Positions 12,954 to 26,700 are shown, numbered from the stretch's first letter. The stretch: DNA of 64,000 nucleotides from Antedon mediterranea (GCF_964355755.1 NC_092675.1:4459812-4523811), one strand, 5' to 3'. Made by a program: numbers and translations. The notes: a model not told the origin generated them from the sequence alone.

Positions 12954-15286
12954 AGATGGATTCTCCCTGCTAATGAGCTGTAATTAATAATAATAATATA
13001 GTAATAATCAAAATGGAAATGAACAAGTTTTCATCGGCGGTACTAATTATAAATTACTTGATGAGTTTCAACAAGTTTTAATTACTATGTTTTTGCTTTG
13101 CCATCACATTATATATACAGTATCAACAAAGGACTATAATATAACAAACCCAAATACTTGTCTAATGAAATAATGCAACTTTGGAGCTATAATTCACTAG
13201 TGAAACTTTATTATTGTTTTTCTCCAAATTATGTATTTGTGTAAATTTTGTAAAGCAGGCAATCAAATTGAGAACTTTTGAACCTCGTAAATTCATGTTG
13301 TATAATGCTTTATACTGTTTGCTTATGATTTATAGAGGGTGTAGAATTAACAAAAACAGTCTGAAAAGTAGGTCTTTTCACAAATTTACAAGTAAATGTT
13401 ATGTATGTTCGAGAATGCCTGAGGGTGCCGGGAAATTGGAAGGATACATAGACATCCCGGAGATGCTAGAACCACTCTAAGCAACTCTTCCCGCTTGCTG
13501 TCAGCTTGATATCAAAGCACATCTCACAAAGGTCGATCTTCAGAACCCTTGAATCCTTTTCGTAATGTGATCTCATTGCTTTTCTTCGCTAGATATCCCA
13601 GGTCAAAGACCGATATTCTGGTGCAAAATTGATTCTTAATCTTCACGCTAGTTTGATTTTGGTAGCTAATCAACACTTTGCACTATTTCAAGTGAAAATT
13701 ACTCGCTACCTTATTCTGTTCTCGAAATAACCATGATTAAAGCACTATGTCCTCATCAGGCTGTATGTGTACACGTTTTTTTATAAAAACCACTACTACT
13801 ACTACTTCCCCAAGCTCTGTTGTTTTTATTCACATTTATTTACTCATCGTTTATAAATGTAATTTCATAGCATAAATGATGGCAAGGATCCTGCATAGAG
13901 AAGTTTACACTTCTGTTTTCGCAGGACCCTTTTACATAAAAAACAATAAACACAACATAATAGATATAAAATTAAAAAAAGCATTTCCTATATACATTTT
14001 AGAGTTGTTCATCATCATAAAGCGATAGTGTTTATTTTATTCTGTTTGTTCATATAATAAAAAGTGTACATAAAGTTATAATATTATATTACAAAAACTT
14101 TTCATTATTTATGGAAGTTAAAGTAATTTTTCAAGATCAACATATTTATTTATATTTGTGGTTTACAATTTGTTTGCGGTTTATTTTATTTCTATTTATA
14201 ATAACAGTCGTAACCATTACATCATTTTTTTATGTACGTTTGTTAATGTTTTTCAGAATCAAATTTTAAAAAATAAATGAAATTGATATATTTGAACTGT
14301 TTCCTTCTTAGAAATAGAAATGTTAAAGTCGTAATTAATCTTGAAAATTTATGTTTTATTTTCCCTCCAGAACTTTTCCTCATGAAAATTTCTCATGGTG
14401 CCAAAACGTCTCCCAAATATTGGTTCTCCTAAGTAACTCAGCAGCCAAATTAATCTAATTATATTTTGCATTACTTTAGAAAACTTGACCTTTTCTTGTT
14501 GCCTATCATATTTGCTCTAGGTCAGCAGGTATAAATAACGCACAGGTAGTATGAGAATAACTAATTTACCTGTTTTATGCATGATCACTTTAATACAGGT
14601 GTAACATTATCCTAACCGGCAAGATACATTATTTATGATGTACATGACTTTGTGTTAAACTCTGTTTAGTAAAACTTTAATATTTGAACATGTTCTCTTA
14701 TGAGGAAATTCTTATATAATTCAGTTCAATTCAATTACTATATTTTATAAACTAATGTACAGTATATAAATCTAAAGGCAATTTACAGAAACTGACAACG
14801 CTGTGAGTACCAGTGGCTTGATGTCAATCGAGATAATTTAAAATAAGCAAAAACCTAAATCAAAACTGTAAAATAAAAAAGTCACAAAAGAAATGCAAGC
14901 TTTTGGAAATTTTTTAGGATATAAAAATTAAATTTGTATTGAATATAATTTTATGTATACAGTGTTTAAACCAAGTAAATAAAATATATGTATATAATAA
15001 TTTAAGTTGTACTAAAACACACCTCAAACTGTGTCATTTAATTTAGAGGTTGTTTATTCTCATTATGTACTAATTATCATTTTCACCATAAAGATATAAG
15101 TATAAATATCGCATTAAAATAAGTAATCTTGGCGTTGTTTTCTGTTCTGATGATGAGAATAGTTTCTCGAAACATGTCAAGACATTTTAAGGCAATTTGC
15201 TTGTTTATCAAATGCCTCACAATAGTAACTCGAAAGTTTAAGGAATCATACATGATATATCTAAAATATATATGTTTGTTTTATAG

Positions 15287-15488
15287 GATTATATTCCAGT
15301 GTTCAATCCAGTCGTAGCGGTACAGCGACCGGGGCATCAAACTACGGCAATCTTCACTCGCCTGGACGAAGTGGTACAACAACATGTGCATCCAACTACA
15401 CTAATCACCAGTCACCCGTACACAGCTTACAAGGGGGATCACATGGTGCTTCCCATCCACTTGCAGCATCTGATGATGCCAGCCAGAG
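15287..15488 (+). CDS. GLIS3: GLIS exon, Ser/Gly-rich region
   Basis: ttatag acceptor, (G)LYSSVQSSRSGTATGA...AASDDASQ, gtatgt donor; phase 1-2; SSRSGTA motif as in GLIS3. Confidence 0.85.
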
Positions 15489-15964
15489 GTATGTTAAAAA
15501 CTATGGTAAATGTTTATAGTAATTGCCAATGGATGTAAAGAGATTATTTTCAGGAACTCTTAGTATTCCCTGTCACTTCATGTCAGTAAAGAAGGTGGAC
15601 TAGGCCTATAACAAATAGACAACATATTCTTGTTTAATATGTTCAGTTTATATTCTTTGGTAGTGTGTACAGTGTTGTACTGGGTAGAGGTGGCTGGTTA
15701 CACCTTGTTGTAACTTTAGGGTAGTACTGTACCACTATTGAAATGCATTCTAGACTCTTATAGCTTGCACTCTATAAAGTGCAGTCTGTCCGAATTAAAA
15801 ATGGATTTAATTGTACAATACTGTATACTGTATAGTGTACAGTACTGTATATCCTCAAGAAAACTTGTGAAAGTAGACTGTATACCATTGGATCTTCTTT
15901 GTTTTACACACTGATTTGAGTTCTGTAGTATTGTTATTAATGTATTTTGCTTCTCTTTTCGTAG

Positions 15965-16089
15965 AATCAAGTGCTTACCTTCAGTAACAAGAAGAAGTTT
16001 TCCCCCTCACCAAGTTCATCTGTCATGCTCAATTCCTCCTCACTCCTTCATGACAGTTCAACTCAAACCTAGACCACCTTCAAATCAAG
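15965..16089 (+). CDS. GLIS3: GLIS exon, Pro-rich region
   Basis: Polypyrimidine + gtag acceptor, open frame IKCLPSVTRRSFPPHQ...PPSNQ, gttagt donor; phase 2-1 bridges the neighbouring exons. Confidence 0.75.
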
Positions 16090-16305
16090 GTTAGTGTTTA
16101 TTTTAATACCTTGTACGTGTTGGTACATTTTTTGAAAGAAAAAATTCAACTACAAGAAATTAAATTTGTCAAAAGATAGTTTTTATAAAAGAATAATGAT
16201 TTATTTGCATCATTTACCAAATTATGACCTAATAGTACTAACATTTTAGACTTTACATATCACTTTAACATTCACTGAATAGCTTACTGAAGTGTCAAAA
16301 TATAT

Positions 16306-16678
16306 AGAGTTCTGCGGTGCTGACGTCACGACGGTAGGTGGCGCTGCGTGGTTGCTAGCCAACCAAAAAATGCGTTCAACCTGCCTGAGTGACTCCAAGG
16401 TCACCAATGGTTTGGAATAGGCTTATTTAAGTAGTCATTTTAAAACTTAATAATGTTCAATAAAAGCAAACTAAAATTTCAAAAGGTCACTAAATATTTG
16501 TTTTTAATAACTATTTATTCTTCAACTACAGTTTAAGTTAAAATCAAGCTATGATACATAATTTGATAGAAATACAGATCTATACAGTTTATCAACATAG
16601 TAGTTATGAACGCATTTTTTGGTTGGCTAGCAACCATGCAGCGCCACCTATTTTTGTGATGTCACACCGCAGAACTCT
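16306..16678. mobile_element. MITE with ~70-bp TIRs and AT flanks (ISL2EU-like)
   Basis: AGAGTTCTGCGGTG...GGTTGCTAGCCAACCAAAAAATGCGTTCA mirrored at the right end; AT on both sides. Confidence 0.85.
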
Positions 16679-16876
16679 ATACTGCAATTCAACTTTACAA
16701 ACTTCTTTTTAATGAAAGGCATGTAATTTTCACATCATTTGCATTGTAAAGACATGTCTATTTGAATTTCAATTGTATTTTTTCAAATCACACTAGATTG
16801 CATATCTTTTATTAAAATTGCATGTTAGTCACATTTCATTTTCAAACCATTTATTTATTCTTTGTTTATCGGTAAT

Positions 16877-17028
16877 AGAGAGGTTTCGCAATCTTACGAA
16901 TACGATAACGAAAACGGATACGTCACGCACACGTATTCGTTTTCGTAAGCCATAAAATTTCACAATTTCACAAATGTATGACGTATCCGTTTTCGTTATC
17001 GTATTTGTAAGGTTGCGAAAACCTCCCT
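16877..17028. mobile_element. Palindromic MITE with ~50-bp TIRs
   Basis: AGAGAGGTTTCGCAATCTTACGAATACGATAACGAAAACGGATACGTCA is inverted at the right end. Confidence 0.85.
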
Positions 17029-17092
17029 AATAATATTTATGCATGATATGTAGTTTTAATGAATATTCATTGGTTCTATTTATAATAAACAG

Positions 17093-17125
17093 ATGAAAAT
17101 ATGCATGATGGTAGTCTAAATACAG
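17093..17125 (+). CDS. Candidate 33-nt cassette micro-exon of GLIS
   Basis: aacag/ATGAAAATATGCATGATGGTAGTCTAAATACAG/gtatt; phase 1-1, open (DENMHDGSLNT); weak polypyrimidine tract. Confidence 0.4.
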
Positions 17126-17242
17126 GTATTAATTTTATCATTGTTATCATGAATGTTGTACATTGTGGGTAGGTGTACCGCACCCAGCCCTCTCTACACA
17201 GTTTACTTTAGAAAGTCTATACAGCTTTAGTACCCACATTAA

Positions 17243-17397
17243 AGCTTTGTTCTCACTAGGGCACAACAAGACATACAGTACAGTACACGAATGCAAGTAA
17301 TTTGACCAATCACATGCTATAGTTTGGATGATTCATCGCTTGTGATTGGTTAAAATACTTGCGTTGCATGCATGTCTTCGTGTCGCATCGAAGCTTA
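17243..17397. mobile_element. Degenerate MITE family B, copy 1
   Basis: AGCTTTGTTCTCACTAG end, internal GACCAATCAC...GTGATTGG palindrome; related to 50509-50633. Confidence 0.6.
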
Positions 17398-17703
17398 AGA
17401 AAACTCAGAGCTTTCTTTTAATCTTGCATGTGTGCTTCATCTTCCTAAAGCTATATCTTTAAACAATAATATGTAATTCTCATTTCTTTTTTCTGTATGT
17501 TTGTCTAACTGACTCATCTAATATAGTCTTGATATGCTGCTTTTTCTATATTTTTTTTTTACCTGAATGCTACTAATTGATCAATTACAACTCAGTCCAA
17601 TAAGTTCCACTGTTGAATTTGGTAATGTTGTTGGTTTGCTTCTGTATGTGTGTGTGTATGTTCTAGTTACCATTTCAAAAAACATATTATATATCACCTC
17701 TAA

Positions 17704-17818
17704 AGCTCTGTCTACACTACCAAATATGGTAGTGATATGCCCAAATGTGGTAGTGATATGACATCATCATGTCCATATATGGGCACACCACATAAAGTTT
17801 GATAGTGTAGACAGAGCT
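17704..17818. mobile_element. MITE family A, copy 3 (internally deleted)
   Basis: Same TIRs, TAA TSD. Confidence 0.85.
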
Positions 17819-18723
17819 TAAGAAAGATTAATCTAGGTGGCAAATCATTTCTATCTTATAACTCAATACTGTAGAATTGTTAAATAAAGTTGTTAAAATG
17901 TATCATAATTATTTGTGCATACTTTTATTTTTGCTGCCAGTTTCCGGTTTTCTATTTTTGTGACGGTTGAGCCGAAATCGTCATCCACACTTGAAAGTTG
18001 ATCAGAGACTAGCGTCCTGTTCTCTTTCGTTGAAATTATGGCATGTTGCCTTGAGGCTGTAGCAGGCAACATGACTCAGTAATGCAACAGTGTTCATAAA
18101 TTTCAAGATACTTCCTTTCCTTTGAAAATGCTATAGATAGATAGTATTGGATTACTTGGTATAGTCACAGTAACCCTATTGTTCTGTCACCTTTCATTGT
18201 TCAATCTCTCTGAACATTTTGCGGTCATCTTAAGATTATTAATTCTTAGCAGTTAATTTTTTCAACATGTACAACAATATGATGGAAGTGTTTATGTGTT
18301 TTATGTTATCTTAACGGTGCATAGAGTTCTTAGAAAGTGTATTTTGAAAATCCATGTGCACATAAGTCAAGAATTGTCATTCATTCAATTTACAGATGTA
18401 TAATTTAGACCCATAGGTAATCCCTTATTACTGTAACACAAATGAAAGCGTTAATTCCATATTTGGTCTAAGAATACCAATAGCACACATAATTTGAACT
18501 CTAGCAAGTTATGTTCCCTAAGAACACCAACTGCACAGTGGGGGAAGTTGAACACCAGCAAACGGGGAAATGTTTCTTAAGAACACCAACAGCAAACATG
18601 AGGTTTCAAGGTGGGCCCCAGCAAAAGATAGGAATTAATTTTTAGGCTCTGGATCTGCCAATGCCATTCGAACAACACAGTGCAGGAAAATGTTCTGTTC
18701 TCTACCTTCTAATAAAAAACTGA

Positions 18724-19481
18724 GATCATAATGGGTTGAACCAACTCCTCCCTAGTGATGGAATGGGTTGTACCAACCCCTCCCTAGTGATCATAATGGG
18801 CTATACCAACCCCTCCGTAGTGATCATAATGGGCTGCACCAACCCCTCTCTAGCAATCATAATGGGCTGCACCAACCCCTCCCTAGTGATAATAATGGGC
18901 TGCACCAACCCCTCTCTAGTGATCATATGGGCTGCACCAACCCCTCCCTAGTGATCATAATCGGCTGCACCAACGCCTCTAGTGATCATAATGGGCTGCA
19001 CCAACCCCTCCCTAGTGATCATAATGGGCTGTACCAACGCCTTCCTGGTGATGGAATTGGCTGTACCAACCCCTCCCTAGTGATCATATGGGCTGCACCA
19101 ACCCCTCCCTAGTGATCATAATGGGCTGCAGCAACCTCTCTCTAGTGATCATAATGGGCTGCACCAACCCCTCCCTAGTGATCATAATGGGCTGTACCAA
19201 CGCCTTCCTTGTGATGGAATTGGCTGTACCAACCCCTCCCTAGTGATGGAAGGGACTGTACCAACCCCTCCCTAGTAATGGAATAGGCTGTACCAACCCT
19301 TCCCTAGTGATGGAATGGGCTTTACCAACCCCTCCCTAGTGATCATAATGGGCTATACCAACCCCACCCTAGTGATCATAATTGGCTGCACCAACCCTTC
19401 CCTAGTGATCATAATGGGCTATACCAACCCCACCCTAGTGATCATAATTGGCTGCACCAACCCTTCCCTAGTGATGGAATG
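18724..19481. repeat. 32-33-bp minisatellite
   Basis: Unit AGTGATCATAATGGGCTGCACCAACCCCTCCCT, with an AGTGATGGAAT variant. Confidence 0.95.
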
Positions 19482-21478
19482 GTACATCCAGCATTTTAAG
19501 TACTACAGCTGCATACCCTGGGAATTATCAGGTACTTCACTGACATGTTTATTTTAACAGGTGCATTGATATCAGGTGCATGGTGTATCTAGGTTGTTTC
19601 GTTATATTCTGCTTCCTCTCAATCTTTTGTAAACGCTTTTACCATCCGTTTTAATATTGATCATCATAGCTTCTTTAATCATTGTCTAAGTAGTGCAGTC
19701 AACCATAGCTTTACATTTTGTAATGAATATTGACAATTATACTTTTAACCGTATTATGTCCACCTGACTTGTTTAATGCATAAAGTGTTTTTACATACAA
19801 ATTGATATTTTAATTCACCTAACTTTCCCCATCAGTTGAATGTAATCATTTTCAGTGCACTTTTGAATGCATATCCGCTGTGAGAAGTACAATGTCATTA
19901 CCAAAATTAAAGGGCTGGGTATATTTATATTCAAATGTATTGACCATTAACAGTCAAGCCTAAAGCAAAGAGCACCATTGTGTATACTGTTATTGCATCA
20001 TGTCTCAACAGGTTAAAGCTTAATGTTTTTTGTGGTTATGATTTTCATATACTATGGTTATTAATACATTATTTATCCAAGATAATATCTTGTTGAAAAA
20101 TTGATTAAATAAGTTTAAGGCAAAATTATTATGAACTTGTGAATCAAGAATCCCACAGGGCAATTGGTCAAGGTAAAGGGTGCGCGCATGCAGGTGAGAG
20201 ATACTAGTTGAACGGTTCATCCAAGTAGCCTAGGGGCTAGCCCAGCATGTTCTGCATAAACACATTATTCCAACCCAGATAAAAGGTCTGTTTCATGACC
20301 TCCTTTCACCAGTTTTACTTACTGTAAGAATGCACGTTCTCTTCAGCCTAGCATGAAATGCTCTTTGGCCTAATTTATTTTAATTTATGTAAAGATTTTG
20401 ACCATGTGAAATAGAAGTAACAATGGTCACTTTATCTCCCTGCTTTAAGGTTATTGCCATTTTCTCATAGAAATCATCTTGGAATACTTTATAAAATCAA
20501 AAGGAAAAACGAAAGAAACTTGTTAAAAATTGAGATAATAATACAGTTGTCACCATAAGTTTATATTACAATTTATATACACAAATAAAAAGTTCAAAGT
20601 AATAGAAAATAGATAAAAGAATTCGAAGAGGAAGTAAAAATAATGATACTTGATAGATAGGAAACGTGTAATTTGAAAAAACAATGTACAAAAGCCATAG
20701 TTGTTTAAATATTTTAACCATCTAAATTCAAAGAGTATTTATACTTTTATTTTAAACTTTAGTTTGATTATGTTGTGTTTGTACCTGTATAGATGGGTTA
20801 CCGTACTGTTTATTCACACGAATTGTTTACTGGTAACCAAAGATTTGATACAGATGTAACAATGGGTTTATTATCGTGATTGTGCGTCACACAATCAGAA
20901 GTAACATGTGATCACTATATCCACTGAGCCTTGTAGTTTATCAAAAAGCTTTTGTTTAATAGAAAATGATCTTGGGAAGAAGGCAGAAAATGTTACCATA
21001 GATGTAATGTGCAACCATTTGGGACATGGCTCAATGGTTTTTATGGACTGTATTATAATGGTTTCTTTTTCACTAGTTTCATGTACTAGTGTATTTTGTT
21101 TTTGAATCTGGTCTGTATGAGGAAGTTAATTAGTTAACTATCATGTTACTCTCCCCTGATACGATTTTTATATTAATAAATGTAGACAGAGTTGTTTTTA
21201 CACTGGTTGGCCAATTATACTTGCCTTTAAAATATTAGCACTGTGTTGTTTATCGTCACTCTTCACCTGGTTTCATTTTTTTTTTCTGTATTTGTATTGT
21301 AAAAAGTTTGATGTGTTGTCAAAATGGGTGAAAGGTAGAAATTTATGTCTTTTTGTTTATAAATTTCAAGCAAAGTAGAACAGGTTGTGATCCCATTTTT
21401 TTTTAAACATTTCTCCTATTGTGTCAGTTACCATGTCCAATTGCATTTTTTTTATGTTGTCATTTTTCTTATTTGTAG

Positions 21479-21775
21479 GCCTAGGAAATTGCAACAAGCA
21501 CCAAGCTAGCAACATGCCACACCCTCCTATTGGTCAGCCCAACAATCGTATGATGGTACATCGTTCCCAGATGGTGCGTCCTAGTCTCACACTACAAACT
21601 CTGCATCCTATACCAAGACCAATTAATAACAATAATAACAATGAATACAAGTCTCCTAAAGGTTTGCTAGCAATACCAACTTTTGAAGAAACATTGACGC
21701 CTACATCACCTCAACTCAATGTTGAGACAATAGAGAGGGCGCTGTCTGCTCATTCTGTCAGAATATCTGAGAGTT
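21479..21775 (+). CDS. GLIS3: GLIS penultimate exon
   Basis: tttgtag acceptor, (G)LGNCNKHQASNMPHPP...RISES, gtaagt donor; phase 1-1. Confidence 0.82.
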
Positions 21776-22143
21776 GTAAGTAAATTTACTTGATGGTTTA
21801 CAGTTGTGCATGATCAGTTTTTCGTTTTTTAGTAAACCTAAAATAATGTGTTTAATAATAACTTGCTTCTCTAAATAGTGGCACATCGTAGTTTGTAGTT
21901 AATATCCATATTTAATATTTATGTACGCTTGTTAACATAAGAGGAGTCTTATGTAAATGTGTGAAAAATTAATCGAATCAAACAAATTACTCCTCGTATA
22001 TTAATTACACCATGAAAGAGTGAAATTACACTTTCACTCTTTCCTGATTGCACAAAAATATTGTTATTATTGGCTTTTTTAAGACACATCCTAAACCGCT
22101 ACAGTGTTGCAAAGTTTTATTGTATATTTTACTTTCTTTTCAG

Positions 22144-22298
22144 TTTACAATGATTTACCAACAACTCCAAGTGAGTTTGGTGCGTCCATCTTAAGTGCAA
22201 CTCACACCATAGAAGACACTCAAAGTATGCTGCAAATGAACGCAATTGATCGTTGCCCGAGCCAACTCTCAGCCGTATACGCAGATGGCGCATCTTAG
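22144..22298 (+). CDS. GLIS3: GLIS last coding exon (C-terminal activation region)
   Basis: tttcag acceptor; ends AIDRCPSQLSAVYADGAS*, matching the GLIS3 C-terminus DRCPSQLSSVYTEG. Confidence 0.92.
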
Positions 22299-23689
22299 GA
22301 CCATTTTTTTACATTTCTTTTCACGCACAATCATTTTACATTCATAAAATAGATATATATTTTTAGATATTTTTATTGTATTTCACTATGTAAAGTTTTA
22401 CATATTTTTGGTAGACAGTGTGCCTACTGTGTGGCCCAAACATTTTTCTACAACTAACACAGTCATGCTACACATTTAAATATTATAGTACCTGATTCAT
22501 AAAATTTATAGAAAAACTGTATTAAATTTTAAACAAAATATAAATTTCAATAATATTCTAGTAGTATTTTCAGTGAAATATGATTTTATAAAACACATTC
22601 CAGTAAATTTTAACAGAAAAAGTTTCACAAATTGTTTTTTACATAAAAATGGCAAAAATCATTTTTTGATTTTAGAAATCTTTTATCATGCTTTATGAAC
22701 AATTTTTGTTTAAAACTTTTTTGATGCATAACACTTCCTAATAACTATTGATGTACTGTATAAATAAATATGATATAAATGTTGATTGCCAAGGTCTGCA
22801 TTAGTTCCGCATACATCTTTTTATAAGAAAGGAAACTATTTTGAAATTAGACAAAATAAATAAAAGCCACTGATTGCCATTACTTTATTGAAAAGAAATA
22901 AAACATAAAACATAAAATTGAACATGTCCAAAAACAACAGATTTCTTATTAAAAAGTAAATCAAAGGACCAAAACGTGTTTTTAACTTATAATCTATATT
23001 TTTATTTAGGATCATATTATGTAAATATATAAATATCTATTACATTATTTTACATATATTTTTCTGTGCTTAAAAAGTGCCTATGATAAAGATCTTTGCA
23101 ATTATTTTAGTGAAGTTATATTTTAGGAAAATAATTGAAATGACAATAAGAAACTTATTTTGCTAAAAATAGTAGTTTTGTATGTGTAACCAGTGTTTGA
23201 GAATACCGGATTGTTTGTATAGCTAATAATGATTATTTAATTTATTGTTTATACATTGCTAACGTACTGTACATGCAAACTTATAACTGAAATGTATTTC
23301 CGCAACAACATTTTTAATGAGTGTTTACAGTTCTATTTTAATGTGATTTATGTAAAACTCTACTTGTATATAATCTGTATCAACTCTATTTTTATTACTT
23401 TCTACAAATTAGCATTTAAAAAAAAAGAAATATTCTTATATTTAAATACAATATTCATTCAAAATGATATTGTAAGGTATATAGTTTTGTAATCAGAAAA
23501 TTGTAATTAATAGCTCAGTTTAAGGTTCCCATTAGATGTGTTGTGCAGACCTGCTGTATGTAGACTGATGTACAATGGTACTGGAGAACATTTTTTACTA
23601 GTGGTAGAGCTGTCTCCTGCAGAATAAGAGTATTTTTATATTTATTTTACTTGTTCAGGCTTGCCAGAGAATACTGCCTTTTTGATTGC

Positions 23690-24157
23690 ATGATGCTGCA
23701 CCATTGGCTATGATGCAGCATCACTGACTATGATGCAGCATCACTGACTATGATGCAGCGTCACTGACTATGATGCAGCGTCACTGACTATGATGCAGCG
23801 TCACTGACTATGATGCAGCATCACTGACTATGATGCAGCGTCACTGACTATGATGCAGCATCACTGACTATGATGCAGCATCACTGACTATGATGCAGCA
23901 TCACTGACTATGATGCAGCGTCACTGACTATGATGCAGCATCACTGACTATGATGCAGCATCACTGACTATGATGCAGCATCACTGACTATGATGCAGCG
24001 TCACTGACTATGATGCAGCATCACTGACTATGATGCAGCGTCACTGACTATGATGCAGCGTCACTGACTATGATGCAGCGTCAATGACTATGATGCAGCG
24101 TCACTGACTATGATGCAGCATCACTGACTATGATGCAGCGCCATTGGCTATGATGCA
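23690..24157. repeat. 20-bp minisatellite
   Basis: About 23 copies of TCACTGACTATGATGCAGC(A/G). Confidence 0.97.
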
Positions 24158-26309
24158 ATAGAACATAACAAACATGTGCATACTTCGAGCCAATCAGCAT
24201 TAAGATAGGAAAGTTAGTCAAAGCACAGGAAGATTTTTAAATTATGCAGATGTCTGTTATGTTACTTTTGGTGAGGCATCATGCAAGACAAAAAGTTTGT
24301 ATTATCTAATAGATTAGATAAATTTGTGATGTTTTGTTTAAAAAAATAAACCAACCGTATTATCAGGTGGTAATTGGTTACCAATAATGATTGTGTTTGG
24401 TACTATAAAGATGATTTGTATGCCTAAACATACTGTATAAATAGCCCTGCTATGCGTTGATAATTAGAAGATGCTTGCTGCAGCACATTGAATATTCAAA
24501 TAAGCTTATGCATATGCATGTAAATAATAAGTTACAACGTACAAACTGTATATTTTTGTACGTTGTTTTGTTGCACTGTATATATTGCCTTTGCGTGTGT
24601 GTGTGCTATTTTAAACAACTCCAGTAGTTTAGGATGTATGTTAAAAAAAAGTTGATTTTAAAGGAAACATATGTTCTAGTATGTAAATAAATTTACATAT
24701 TATTGAATTATGTAGAGTAATTTACATACTGTTTTTAATAACCTGAATTTACATATACAGTAAGTTATGTATAATGTTTTATGATGTTTTTTTAATGAAG
24801 TTTACATTCCTGATATATTCATCAACAATATTAATTGTGCTCCAAGTCCGTATTATATTTCCATTCCGACCAAATCTAATTATAATGTATTGAATAATAT
24901 TATTCATTATTCCTTTTGGGAGTATGATTTCAAGCCATAAAAAATACCTTGATTTTGATACAACATTCCTTTGTATTATCTGTGACCAAATTACTGTATC
25001 TGAAATGTTTTGACCAATTGCAGTAATATGTAATTATAATGTATTACAATAACTAAATGGATTACCTTGCTGTTTGTATTTGTAAGATATGACATATAAT
25101 TTAGTTAATGCTGTTTTAAATTAAGAAATTTAGTATTGCATTAATAATATATTATACTATATGCATATTATTTCCATTCCATGAAATGCATGATTGTATT
25201 TAACCATAATATATGATTGTATTTAACCATAATATATGACATGTCAATGTAAGAAGCCGTCCATAATTTAAGAATCACTACATCCGTCCATTGATGTATT
25301 CAGTACTGTTTATATAATGAATTTGAAAAAAATACTAGGAAGAATTTCTCTAATCAAACCAAAATGCTGTATTAATGTACTAAATTAAATTTAATTAAAT
25401 TACTAAATTTTAGTTAATATGCAAAGACATGTGAATCTAAACTGTTAACATAACATTGAGTTTTAAATACCATTGAAAATTAATCATTTACCATTTTAAA
25501 TTTAAGGATATAACATTTTATCAATTGGATATTGAATTGAATTATGTGTGCTGTGTCGGTTAGGGTTAATTGGTTTAGTGAGTTATGTGGTGTTACCCGG
25601 GATTTTGACTAATTGGTACGTTTTATTTAATTGGGAAAGAGAAAATAACGAATGCGAGTGTGTTGTATCACAATGTTTGTTAGATATCTGGACTGGTCAA
25701 GTCTGTTTGACCACTTTAGTTGAAGTGACCACTTGTTCAATGTTAACCCTTGTAAACTGCAGATGATGTACTGTTAAATTCCACAATTTGTTTTATTCAA
25801 TGGTTTCACAGAAACTATATACTGCTAAAAATTTGTTTTATAAATGTGTATATTATATAGGTATATATATTTCCATGCAAAAACAGCAGTAATCCGTTTA
25901 AAAATGGTTAAATATAAAGTTTTGCATTTAACTGAGAGTTTTTTGGTTTAATATTTTTTTGGAAAGAATAATTACAGAAAATATTCTGTATGTACTGTAT
26001 GTGTTTGTGTAGTTAGTATGAAAATGATTAAAGTACAAAAAGTATTATATTTTGTGCGTATTTTTTTCTCACATTAACCATAATTAAATTGTAAAAAATT
26101 CATATTTTTTATAAATTTGCGAAATCTGCTGTACTAACTATAGTTGAAGGCATTCAGTAAGTTATAATACTAGCGCATAATAATTACTAAAGCCTATATT
26201 TATAAATAAAAAGGTTGGCCATTTTCTGACAAACTGCCTGTACAGGTAATTTATTGCTATATATGCACATATATTGTGTTTTAAAGATGGAATAATATTT
26301 ATGCAAATA

Positions 26310-26700
26310 TATTGCTATTTTGGCCATTTTTCAGGGATTTTTTTCACAAAACTGCCAAAATGTAGACCCTTTTATTTTTTTATATAACTTCTTACTATGC
26401 ATCTATAAGATGATGATAACACAATGTATCATATGTAGCAATATTATTGTATAATAATTTAATTTTGAAAATTGCATATTTTGGGCATTTTCAGAAAAAA
26501 TCCCTGTACTATAGCACAGGGATTTTTTCAAAAAATTTCCAAATTTTGACCTTTTTATTTTTTTATATAATTGCTTACGTCTATATGATATATAAAAGCA
26601 TATGCAGCAATACTATTGCATAATAATTCAATCTTGAAAAGTGCATATTTTGGCCATTTTGGACATACTGTACAGGGAAAACGGCCAAATTTTGAGCTTT
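26310..26700. repeat. Degenerate repeated blocks (~170-bp spacing)
   Basis: TATTTTGGCCATTTT ... GACCTTTTTATTTTTTTATATAA ... GCAATATTATTG recur 2-3 times. Confidence 0.6.

Noticed and set aside
15299-15538. ORF-track peptide MFNPVVAVQ…
   Set aside because: Wrong frame; the splice phase gives the GLIS-like SSRSGTA frame instead
17596-17621. AG/GT-bounded 26-nt micro-exon candidate
   Set aside because: Not frame-preserving and has weak splice sites
18041-18075. CATGTTGCC…GGCAACATG as a p53 element
   Set aside because: Poor match to a full site with wrong spacing; more likely a palindromic MITE remnant
18736-19557. Repetitive ORFs and a possible CRISPR-like array
   Set aside because: Head-to-tail 33-bp minisatellite with no unique spacers, in a eukaryotic intron
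23690-24157. CRISPR-like palindromic repeat
   Set aside because: Units are contiguous with no spacers, and no cas genes are present
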